From the NCBI GenBank assembly GCA_041908585.1, contig JAYRFB010000118.1:1-60689 (forward strand): 60,689 nt of DNA, read 5' to 3'. The position numbers were made by a program, and so were the translations under genes. Positions 1-7,131 of the stretch are shown piece by piece (positions within the stretch are counted from its first letter, which is position 1; each line of letters starts with the position of its first letter). The notes beneath the pieces were generated by a model. That model was not told where the DNA came from, did not search any database, and worked only from the letters and a program-made list of their open reading frames with translations. Source of the DNA: Candidatus Krumholzibacteriia bacterium (GTDB lineage Bacteria; Krumholzibacteriota; Krumholzibacteriia; LZORAL124-64-63).

Positions 1-498
1 CAGCAGCGCGATGACCTGCCGCAGCGAACCGAGTTCAGCGTCCGTCGCGTACAGGCGGGCCCAGCCTTCACGCACGTCGGCGGCCAGCCGGCGTCGCCTG
101 TCCTGCAGTCGCGCCTCGCCGACGGGCACGCGGGCGGCTGCCGCCGCCGAGCGCAGCGCCCGCTTGCCGGGCCAGGGGATCGACTGCGTCACTTCAAGGC
201 CCACAAGGGCCATCGGGTCGCTGCCGAGGCCGGCGCCGGGGTAGTCCTCTCCCCGGGCGCCGAGCGCGACCATCGGGTCCGGCAGCGCGCCGGCGGCGGG
301 GACCTCGCGGCTCAGCGCCTCGACCTCGCCCGCGCCGGCGGCGATCAGGGGCGCCCGCCGCAATGCGAGGGCCACCAGGGAATCGAGCTCGGCACCGGCG
401 ATCCGCCGGTCGGCGCTGTCGGCGCCTGCGCCGGCCGCCGGCAGCGGCGCCAGTGCGGTGACCAGCAGGTCCGCCTTCGCCGTCGCTGCGCCAGCGGC
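1..498 (-). CDS. TolC/CzcC-family outer-membrane efflux protein, N-terminal ~165 codons (gene runs off the left window edge; start codon unresolved)
   Basis: Not in the ORF track because it is truncated by the window edge. My minus-strand translation, in the frame whose codons end at multiples of 3, reads ...DSADRRIAGAELDSLVALALRRAPLIAAGAGEVEALSREVPAAGALPDPMVALGARGEDYPGAGLGSDPMALVGLEVTQSIPWPGKRALRSAAAAARVPVGEARLQDRRRRLAADVREGWARLYATDAELGSLRQVIALL, with G/C-rich third positions. The layout (L..LV.LAL...P.l.A......A....., LPDP......, .Q.IP..GKR..R) is typical of CzcC/CusC-type outer-membrane factors. No in-frame ATG or GTG lies between ~510 and 273, so the upper boundary is approximate. Confidence 0.5.
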
Positions 499-506
499 GT
501 CCGGTG

Positions 507-1067
507 CTACCTGCCCGTGTCGTTCCGGCCGGCCTTCCCGTCGGGCGCGGGGAAGGCCGGTGAGAAAGTCGCTTCCTTGTGACGGCCCTTCAGGCCGGTC
601 AGCCTGACTTGCGCCGTGACCGCGCGCGCATCGATGCCCGACAGGTCGACGGCGCCGAGCAGTTCGTCCTGGTGGAACAGGATCATGCCGCCGCAGGGTT
701 CGCACTTGCCGGGGGTGCCCTGCACGACTTCCGGGTGCATCGGGCAGAAGAACACGCCGCGATCGTCCGCAGCCGGCTCGCGGGCCGTGAGCGTCACCTC
801 GCGCACCTGGCCGTCCGGCAGCTTCAGCGAGGCCGTGCCGCCCGCGCGCCCGACCATCGCCGGGGCCAGCTCGTCGGTGTGGAACCAGACGTGCAGGCCT
901 TCGCGGTCGATGAGCGTCTCGAAGACGTGGCCCTCGACCTCGGTCACCACGCCGCCGTGCAGCGGGGCGCTGGTGGCGTCGGCGCGCGCGGGCGCGGGCA
1001 GGACCAGGAGCGCGATCGCGGCCATCATGGTCACTGCGGCCAGGTGGTTCAGGGCGGTTCTGGACAT
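507..1067 (-). CDS. Small secreted protein with a heavy-metal-binding domain (HMBD-type Cys motif)
   Basis: Uses the internal Met (residue 80) of ORF 507..1304; the start codon (cat on plus) is at 1065-1067. Signal peptide MSRTALNHLAAVTMMAAIALLVLPAPARA. The motif FFCPMHPEVVQGTPGKCEPCGGMIL matches the HMBD found at the N-termini of CusB/CopA-like proteins. It sits directly upstream of the CzcC-like gene on the same strand. Confidence 0.7.
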   Translation of the reverse strand: MSRTALNHLAAVTMMAAIALLVLPAPARADATSAPLHGGVVTEVEGHVFETLIDREGLHVWFHTDELAPAMVGRAGGTASLKLPDGQVREVTLTAREPAADDRGVFFCPMHPEVVQGTPGKCEPCGGMILFHQDELLGAVDLSGIDARAVTAQVRLTGLKGRHKEATFSPAFPAPDGKAGRNDTGR

Positions 1068-1197
1068 CGCGCACGGCTCCCGCGTCGGGGTGGGCTCCCA
1101 AGGGTTCGCCCAGCCAGCGGCAAGCGTCGTGCCGAACTCGCAAGATGTTGCGGGACATATTTTTGGCGCGTCGGTGTCCTGCTTCGGCCGCCCGAAC

Positions 1198-1245
1198 TGT
1201 CGAATATCCCACAGTCGCCGCCCCCGCGCTGTGGAATATCCCGCA
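1198..1245. repeat. Pair of 16-nt direct repeats TGT(C/G)GAATATCCC(A/G)CA spaced 32 bp apart (candidate operator upstream of the HMBD gene)
   Basis: Copies at 1198-1213 and 1230-1245 agree at 14 of 16 positions. CCACAG/CTGTGG inverted hexamers lie between them. The pair is located 130-180 nt upstream of the HMBD start, in the 256-bp spacer after the protease stop. Function is not established. Confidence 0.4.
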
Positions 1246-1323
1246 CGACGGACGCGCCGGCCCGGGCTGTCCCGGACCGGCGCGTCGTCCCTCCGGCTCC
1301 CCACCGGATGGCCATGGCAGGAC

Positions 1324-4300
1324 CTATTTCAGCAGCTGCATTTTGCGCGAGGACACCACGCCGTCCAGGCGCAGGCGCGCCACGTAGGTCCCGCTCGGCG
1401 CGGCGGAGCCCGCGTCGTCGCGGCCGTCCCAGAGCGCCTCGTGACGCCCGGCTGCCAGCTCGGTGTCGACCAGTCGCCTGACCAGGCGACCGCGCACGTC
1501 GAAGACCTCGAGGACGGCCCGCCCGCCCGCGGCCAGTTCGAAGGCCACGCGCGCGCTGGGGTTGAACGGGTTCGGGGTCACCTCGCGCACCTGCGTCGCC
1601 GCCGGCACGACGCCCGCGCCCGGCGCGTCCGAGAGGAAGCCGTCGAACCGCAGCCGGTACTGGCCGGCCTGCGCCAGGTCGGCGGCGCCCGCCTTCCAGA
1701 CCACCAGGCAGTAGTGGCCGGCCTGCGGGACGTCGACCGGCATGGGCTCTTCCGCGCCGACCGGCGCCGACCAGGCCTGACCGACGATGCCCGGCGCCGC
1801 GGACTTCGCGTGGTACGGCACCTGGCCCCTGTGCAGGGTCAGGCCCCAGTCCACGGCGCCGCCGCCGTCGGGCAGGAGCGTGATGGTCAGCGGGCCCGCG
1901 GGCAGCCACACCTCGTGCAGCGCGACGACGGTGCCGGCCCCCAGCGGGAAGGGGCCGTGCACGCCGGCCGGCGTGTTCCCGAGCCAGCCCGACGACACGG
2001 TCTGCACGCGGTAGGCCTCGCTGCCGGCCGTGGCGAGCGCGCCCACATCGAACTGACGCGGCGTCGTGGCGCGGAAGTTCACCAGCACGTAGTCCGACTC
2101 GCCGGGGCCCCAACCGGAGACCTCGTGCGCGGTCGTGAAGCCGGAGGTGGTCGAGTTGATGCGCTCGTGCAGCCGCAGGTCCACGTCGCTGGCGGCGCCG
2201 GGCATGGTCGCCACGGCCAGCCACTGCCCCGTGTCGCCGACCGGCGCTGGCACCGGCGTGCGCAGGCCGTCGCAGTTGAACCAGGCCGGGGCCGCGCTCC
2301 AGGCCATCAGGGCCCCGAAGCCGCCGGTCGGGTCGGGCGGCGCGTTCCGGTCGCTGGCCGTGCCCGCGGCGAGGGCCTGCGGCGACCAGACGTACTGCAG
2401 TCCCATCTGGTTGTTCGCTTCATCGCTCTCGCCGACCTGGAGGCCCGAGTCCGCCAGCATCGACAGCGTGTGACGCCCGCCGCGCACGGTCTGCGCGTAC
2501 GGGAAGTTGCGCACGCGGTTGGTCTGGCCGGCCAGGCCGAACATCTGCTCACCCAGCAGCGGCGCCCCGTCCAGGTAGGTCATGAGGTCGAACGGGCCGG
2601 CCCCGGTCATGCCGCCGTTGCGGTACTGCACGTTGATGTAGGTGTCGGCCGCGTTGCCGTTCAGCGTTCCCGGCAGCGGCGTCGAGGCGACCGTGCCCGG
2701 CGCGCCGCTCGTCGGCACCAGAGGCGCGTACCAGCCCGCGGTCTGCAGCGGCAGCAGGTCGACCGGCGTGAGCGAGGCGCGCACCGTGGCCGCGAAGTGG
2801 CCGGAGCCGCCGGCCGGCACGTCCTGGGGATCCTGCCACACGGCCAGGCCCTGCAGGCTGCCGCCGTAGGTGAAGGTCACCTTGGCGAACCCGGAGGCGT
2901 CGGTGACGGCCTGGTTCGCCGCCTCGTCCAGGCCGGCGAACGCGTCGTCGTAGCGCAGCACCTTCATCCGCACCGGGCCGGTGGCGGGATCCACCTGCAG
3001 GGTGACCTGGCCATAGTTGGTGCCCGAGCCGCCGGACAGGTTGAAGTGCCGCAACGCCAGCGGCTCGATCTGGCTGATCGGGAACGTGACGTCGGCGTTG
3101 ATCGACATCGACGAGCTGGCGATCCTCCGGATCTTGAAGCCGTAGCCGTCGAAGTCGAGGTTGACCACGCCGACATCGAACACCGACTCGGTCGTCTGCG
3201 CGTTGTTGACGAAGACGCCCTCGACGCAGCCGGCCGGGCGGTTGCTGATCACCTCGGTATCGAAGTAGCCGAAGCCCGACGTCGGCCCTGTCGTATGCGT
3301 GTGCAGGCGCAGGTCGAAGTCGGAGTCGTCGTTGTCGGCCACCATGATGGTGCCGACGAACGAGTCGGTGCCCAGGCCGATGGCGAAGCCATCGCAGTTG
3401 GGCGCCGAGAACAGGCTCGTCGTGAACCCGCCCCAGGCGTCGGACGGGCGCTGCCGCGTGGCCCACGAGCCGTTGCTGGCCAGCGTGTACGGGTACCAGA
3501 TGAACTGGCGGGTGTAGAAGTTGTCGGCCTCGTTCGCCTCGGGCATCTGCTCGTAGGCGTCGGCCCACATGCGGACGGCATGGCGACCGCCGCGCACCTC
3601 CCACGGGCCCAGGTTCAGGTAGGCGCGGTCCACGAAGCCCTGCAGGGCGAAGATGTTCGTGTACCAGCTGAGGGCGCCGTCCACGTACACGTGCAGGCGC
3701 AGTGTCGGCGTGGTCGTCAGTTCTCCCGAGTTGGCGATGCGCAGGTTGAAGTAGGTGTCGCCGTTGCCCACCAGGACCGAAGACAGCGGCGCCGACGAGG
3801 AGGTGGCGTCACCGGTCAGCCGTGGCACCACGGGGTAGGGCCAGGAGCCGCCGGTCGAGGCCTCGACGTCGGCGGGGATCCAGTCGCGGATCACGACCGG
3901 GCCGAACGTCGCGTGCGAGCCGCCGTTGCCGGCGTTGTCGACCGCGCGCACGGTGAACCAGTAGGTGCCCGGCGCCAGGTCCGCCGATTCCCAGGACGTC
4001 GCCGACGTCTCGACGACCGTGTCCGGCTGCTGGGCGCCACCGGAGCTGACGCGCACGCTGTAGCCGTCGACGGCCGACTCCGTGTCGGACGACGCGTTCC
4101 ACACCAGCTCGACCGTGCCGTCCGGCGAGTCGCCGCTGGTGGCGTGGCTCAGGGACGTCAGGCCGGTCACCGCCGTGGGAGCCGTCTGGTCCACGCCGTC
4201 GAACCGGTTGTTGGCCGCGGCCCGCCAGATCTCGGACTTGAACTCGGGATTCCGGCTGCGAAGGCTGGCGATCAACCCGCCCGGGGTCAGGGGATCGTCG

Positions 4301-5853
4301 ATGCCCTGGGCCTGGAGCACGCGCTGCGGCGAGAAGGTGACCACGTCCTCGCCGCCGTTGTAGCCGTTGGGGTCGTCGTCGTTGGCGGTGTCGGTCAGGT
4401 CCTGCAGGAACGCCGCCAGCATGCCCTCGGTCAGGTTGGAATCGTCGAACTGGTTCAGCGAGCCGTCCGTGCAGCGCTGCAGCGACTCGAAGTCGTAGCT
4501 GAAGATGGCCGGCGACCCGTAGAGCACGTTGAACTTCGCGGTCATGTGCTGGGACATCCAGTCGGGGAAGCCTTCCTGGATCGCGTCGCCGCCCGTCTCC
4601 TGGCACCACAGGCAGTGACGGCAGTCGTCGTCGTCGTCACAGCGGGCGCCGGCATTGCAGTAGTCGGTGCCGTCGGTGTCGGTGAAGTCCTGCTGCCAGT
4701 GGTGCCCATACTCGTGGCAGACGGTGCTCTCGTACCACTGCTTGAACTCGGGGATGTAGATGGTCTCCCAGACCGGCTTGTAGTGCGGCCAGTCCGCGTC
4801 CGGCCAGGAGATGAGCACGCCGTCGATGCCGCCGTACCCGTAGTCGTCCACCCAGCGCCAGGCGCGCGTGGCGGTGGCCAGCAGGTGCAGGCCGGCATAG
4901 TGGTCCTCGGAAGCGGGTTGCCGCTGGCCCCAGTTGATCTCGGTGCCGCCGAAATCCTCCTTCTCGGGCGTGTTCCAGACGTACGTCGTGTTCCAGATGC
5001 TCGGGTGCACCAGGTCGACCTTCGAGTTGGCGGCGCGGAACTCGACGTAGATGTCCGGCGCCTCCGAGTCGTCGTACCAGAACGTGAAGTCGTAGTAGCC
5101 GTCCGGCCCCAGCACGCCGCGCGCCAGCAGGTCGTCCCATTCCCAGTCGGAGTCGTACACGCTGACGGTCACGCCGTCGGCGCCCATCGTGCGGCCGTCG
5201 CCCTCGTAGTTGTAATCGTCGTCGTGCGACTCGCGGAAGTAGACGAAGCGGCCGCGCACGCGGATGTTGCGCCCGGCGGCGGACTTCCCTTCCGGCCGGG
5301 CCGGCTGGCGGCGGTCGCGCACCTCGCGTCGCGAGGCCTCGGCCGGCGCAGGCTTGACGAACGACTCGTCGGGGGCCACGGCCGGACGCTTGTCGCTGTC
5401 GATCGTCATCGACGTCTCGTCGCCGCCGATCGTGGCGTTCAGGCCCTGCGGCAGCAGGTAGAAGCGCTGCATCGTCGAGCGCCCGCCCACGTCCACCGTG
5501 ATCTCGATCGGCTGCGCCGGGTCGTTGCACAGCAGCTCGACCGGGAACGACACGGGCTGCATCGCCGGCAGCGAGAAGCCGGTCCCGGTGGGAAAGGTGA
5601 CCGTCTGCCAGGCCGGCACGCCGGCCTGGGTGCGGCCGGTGCGCATCGTCGGCATCAACGCGGTCGTGGCCGTGGCGCTGGTCACCTCCAGCTGGAAGGC
5701 GAACGTCTGGCCGGCGACCGGCAGGTCGGTCGAGGCCGGGACCAGCGACACGCGCACATCGGGACCGAGGTCGGCCCGCGCCGTGCCGCCGAGCGCCAGG
5801 CACGAGACCAGGAGCGCCAGCGCGACCCTGGCCATGGTGGAGCGTCGGTTCAT
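1324..5853 (-). CDS. Secreted 1509-aa multidomain zinc metalloprotease (HExxH) with FN3, 2x(CARDB-like + PPC-like) modules and a T9SS-type C-terminal sorting domain
   Basis: ORF 1324..5853. Signal peptide MNRRSTMARVALALLVSCLALGGTARA. Zincin motif TVCHEYGHHW is followed by the Cys/Asp-rich stretch DYCNAGARCDDDDDCRHCLWCQETGGD. There is an FN3-like segment (PTAVTGLTSL...GTYWFTVRAVDNAGNGG). Two tandem modules each contain DTY.N......G, then VRGGRH, then an E.(N/D)EA(D/N)N....Q(F/Y)(I/V)W ending (CARDB-like), followed by NCDG...D(F/V)DLRLH...TSGF (pre-peptidase C-terminal-like). The C-terminus reads VTPNPFNPSARVAFELAAGGRAVLEVFDVRGRLVRRL...GRHEALWDGRDDAGSAAPSGTYVARL...RKMQLLK. Confidence 0.9.
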   Translation of the reverse strand: MNRRSTMARVALALLVSCLALGGTARADLGPDVRVSLVPASTDLPVAGQTFAFQLEVTSATATTALMPTMRTGRTQAGVPAWQTVTFPTGTGFSLPAMQPVSFPVELLCNDPAQPIEITVDVGGRSTMQRFYLLPQGLNATIGGDETSMTIDSDKRPAVAPDESFVKPAPAEASRREVRDRRQPARPEGKSAAGRNIRVRGRFVYFRESHDDDYNYEGDGRTMGADGVTVSVYDSDWEWDDLLARGVLGPDGYYDFTFWYDDSEAPDIYVEFRAANSKVDLVHPSIWNTTYVWNTPEKEDFGGTEINWGQRQPASEDHYAGLHLLATATRAWRWVDDYGYGGIDGVLISWPDADWPHYKPVWETIYIPEFKQWYESTVCHEYGHHWQQDFTDTDGTDYCNAGARCDDDDDCRHCLWCQETGGDAIQEGFPDWMSQHMTAKFNVLYGSPAIFSYDFESLQRCTDGSLNQFDDSNLTEGMLAAFLQDLTDTANDDDPNGYNGGEDVVTFSPQRVLQAQGIDDPLTPGGLIASLRSRNPEFKSEIWRAAANNRFDGVDQTAPTAVTGLTSLSHATSGDSPDGTVELVWNASSDTESAVDGYSVRVSSGGAQQPDTVVETSATSWESADLAPGTYWFTVRAVDNAGNGGSHATFGPVVIRDWIPADVEASTGGSWPYPVVPRLTGDATSSSAPLSSVLVGNGDTYFNLRIANSGELTTTPTLRLHVYVDGALSWYTNIFALQGFVDRAYLNLGPWEVRGGRHAVRMWADAYEQMPEANEADNFYTRQFIWYPYTLASNGSWATRQRPSDAWGGFTTSLFSAPNCDGFAIGLGTDSFVGTIMVADNDDSDFDLRLHTHTTGPTSGFGYFDTEVISNRPAGCVEGVFVNNAQTTESVFDVGVVNLDFDGYGFKIRRIASSSMSINADVTFPISQIEPLALRHFNLSGGSGTNYGQVTLQVDPATGPVRMKVLRYDDAFAGLDEAANQAVTDASGFAKVTFTYGGSLQGLAVWQDPQDVPAGGSGHFAATVRASLTPVDLLPLQTAGWYAPLVPTSGAPGTVASTPLPGTLNGNAADTYINVQYRNGGMTGAGPFDLMTYLDGAPLLGEQMFGLAGQTNRVRNFPYAQTVRGGRHTLSMLADSGLQVGESDEANNQMGLQYVWSPQALAAGTASDRNAPPDPTGGFGALMAWSAAPAWFNCDGLRTPVPAPVGDTGQWLAVATMPGAASDVDLRLHERINSTTSGFTTAHEVSGWGPGESDYVLVNFRATTPRQFDVGALATAGSEAYRVQTVSSGWLGNTPAGVHGPFPLGAGTVVALHEVWLPAGPLTITLLPDGGGAVDWGLTLHRGQVPYHAKSAAPGIVGQAWSAPVGAEEPMPVDVPQAGHYCLVVWKAGAADLAQAGQYRLRFDGFLSDAPGAGVVPAATQVREVTPNPFNPSARVAFELAAGGRAVLEVFDVRGRLVRRLVDTELAAGRHEALWDGRDDAGSAAPSGTYVARLRLDGVVSSRKMQLLK

Positions 5854-6344
5854 CGCGCCGCCTCCTGACCGCCCGCGTGAGGACCCTCGCCGGCGGCGCC
5901 GGCGGCGGGCAGGCGACCATCGACCAGCCGGCTCGCGGCCGCCGCGCGGGCGCCTTCCAGCTCGGTCACGGCCGGGGCGTCCTGGCGCTCACGGGCCAGC
6001 CGCAGCTGCAGGTCCAGCAGGTCGAGCTCGAGCGAGGTCTTCAGCGCCGCGATGTCGTGCTGGACGGCCGCGGCGGCGGCCGCGTCGGGAGCGGCGCGGT
6101 AGGCGGCGGTGAGCGCGGCCAGCCGGGCGCTGAACGACTCGCGGATGGCGGCCACCTCGCGGTCCAGCGGCGTTGCCGGTGCCGCCGGCGTGTCCGCCCC
6201 GCCGGCGGGTACCGCGACGAAGACGGTCGAATCGGCAGGGGCGGCTTCGGTCTGCGCCTGCGCCTGCGCCTGGCCGAAGGCGAGCCAGCAGGCCGCAAGG
6301 GTCAGGGCCGCGGCCCTGGGCTGGGGAATCGTGCGTGCGGACAT
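5850..6344 (-). CDS. Small secreted Ala-rich, probably helical protein of unknown function, translationally coupled to the metalloprotease
   Basis: ORF 5850..6344 (164 aa). Signal peptide MSARTIPQPRAAALTLAACWLAFGQAQA. The C-terminal half is heptad-like (IAALKTSLELDLLDLQLRLARERQ). Its stop overlaps the protease start (ATGA at 5850-5853). G/C-rich third positions. Confidence 0.65.
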   Translation of the reverse strand: MSARTIPQPRAAALTLAACWLAFGQAQAQAQTEAAPADSTVFVAVPAGGADTPAAPATPLDREVAAIRESFSARLAALTAAYRAAPDAAAAAAVQHDIAALKTSLELDLLDLQLRLARERQDAPAVTELEGARAAAASRLVDGRLPAAGAAGEGPHAGGQEAAR

Positions 6345-6516
6345 GGCGGAACTCCCGGGTTCTGGGTCAGGGGCCGGGGTGCCTTCGCGCCGGATGCGCG
6401 GGCACCGGGAATGCCTCGTGCCGGGTCTATCGAAATCCGGGGCCGGATCGGGTCATCCCGGCGCAAAAGAGGACAAAAATCGTGGCCGAAGCGCGCGGTG
6501 TTGATATCCTGTTGTC

Positions 6517-7131
6517 ATGGACGATCAAGACACCCCCGGCAGCACCGACGCGGCGGCCCTGGGGCACCAGGTCACGCTGGCGCTCCAGGCGGCCCGCGGC
6601 GGCGATCCCGCCGCCCTCAACGAGGCCTTCCACCTGGTCTACGACGAGGTGCGCGCCATCGCGCACGCCCGCGTCGCCCGCGCGGGCGGGGGTGGCACCC
6701 TGGACACGACCGCCGTCGTGCACGAGGCCTACCTCAAGCTGGCTCGCCACGGCGGACTCTCGTTCGCCGACCGGCAGCACTTCCTGGCCGTGGCCTCGAC
6801 CGCCATGCGACAGGTGCTGCTGGACCACGCACGGCGGCGGCTGAGCGCGCGGCGCGGCGGCGGCGCCGAGCACCTGCCGCTGACGAAGGCCGACCCGGCG
6901 GCGGACGAGCAGGCCCGCGAGGTTGTGGCCCTGGACGAGGCGCTGCGCACGCTTGCCGCGCTCGATCCGCAGCTGGCGCGCGTGGTCGAGCTGCGCTGGT
7001 TCGGCGGGCTGACGATCGAGGAGACTGCCGGTGCGCTGGAGGTCAGCGAGGCCACGGTCAAGCGCGCCTGGCGCCGGGCGCGCGCCTGGTTGCAGCGCGA
7101 ACTGGATGCCGGTGCCGGGGAGCAGGCATGA
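6517..7131 (+). CDS. ECF-type RNA polymerase sigma factor (Sigma70_ECF / TIGR02999-like, the kinase-linked ECF group)
   Basis: ORF 6517..7131 (204 aa). LQAARGGDPAALNEAFHLVYDEVRAIAH...TTAVVHEAYLKL....F.DRQHFLAVASTAMRQVLLDHARRRLSARRGGG plus region 4 VVELRWFGGLTIEETAGALEVSEATVKRAWRRARAWL fit this family as I remember it. Confidence 0.85.
   Translation: MDDQDTPGSTDAAALGHQVTLALQAARGGDPAALNEAFHLVYDEVRAIAHARVARAGGGGTLDTTAVVHEAYLKLARHGGLSFADRQHFLAVASTAMRQVLLDHARRRLSARRGGGAEHLPLTKADPAADEQAREVVALDEALRTLAALDPQLARVVELRWFGGLTIEETAGALEVSEATVKRAWRRARAWLQRELDAGAGEQA

Noticed and set aside
616-5868. Very long ORFs in the supplied track. Examples: 616..5868 plus strand (1750 aa); the 5' 1450 codons of 14370..19391 minus strand; 21439..25200 minus; 6729..9857 minus; 26638..28443 minus; 27531..29534 minus; 33766..35601 minus; 46049..48004 minus; and many 60-400-aa ORFs.
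   Set aside because: They run antisense to, or out of frame with, genes that have clear family motifs. Their products are Arg/Ala/Gly/Pro-rich low-complexity strings with no motifs. Long stop-free shadow frames are expected in very GC-rich DNA, so I treat them as non-coding artefacts.
6408-6434. ECF-type promoter look-alike GGAAT-N17-TCGAA about 85 nt upstream of the sigma gene, plus a GGGAAT hexamer at 9782-9787 upstream of the S8 protease.
   Set aside because: There is only one full copy. The S8 upstream region lacks a matching -10 element, and I found no copy upstream of the metalloprotease operon. Without a recurring motif this is indistinguishable from chance.
5877-7127. N-terminal extensions of track ORFs: kinase 5877..7127, ispD 11634..13586, PP2C 14583..15209, tyrS 26635..26769, lyase-like 38458..38616, GT2 43972..44205, hypothetical 45566..46117, PaaK-like 52747..53286, C-methyltransferase 56612..56830, and others.
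   Set aside because: In each case a downstream start codon coincides with the stop of the preceding gene (ATGA/GTGA coupling) or with an SD-like sequence. The recognisable protein family begins there, and the extension overlaps the real upstream gene.
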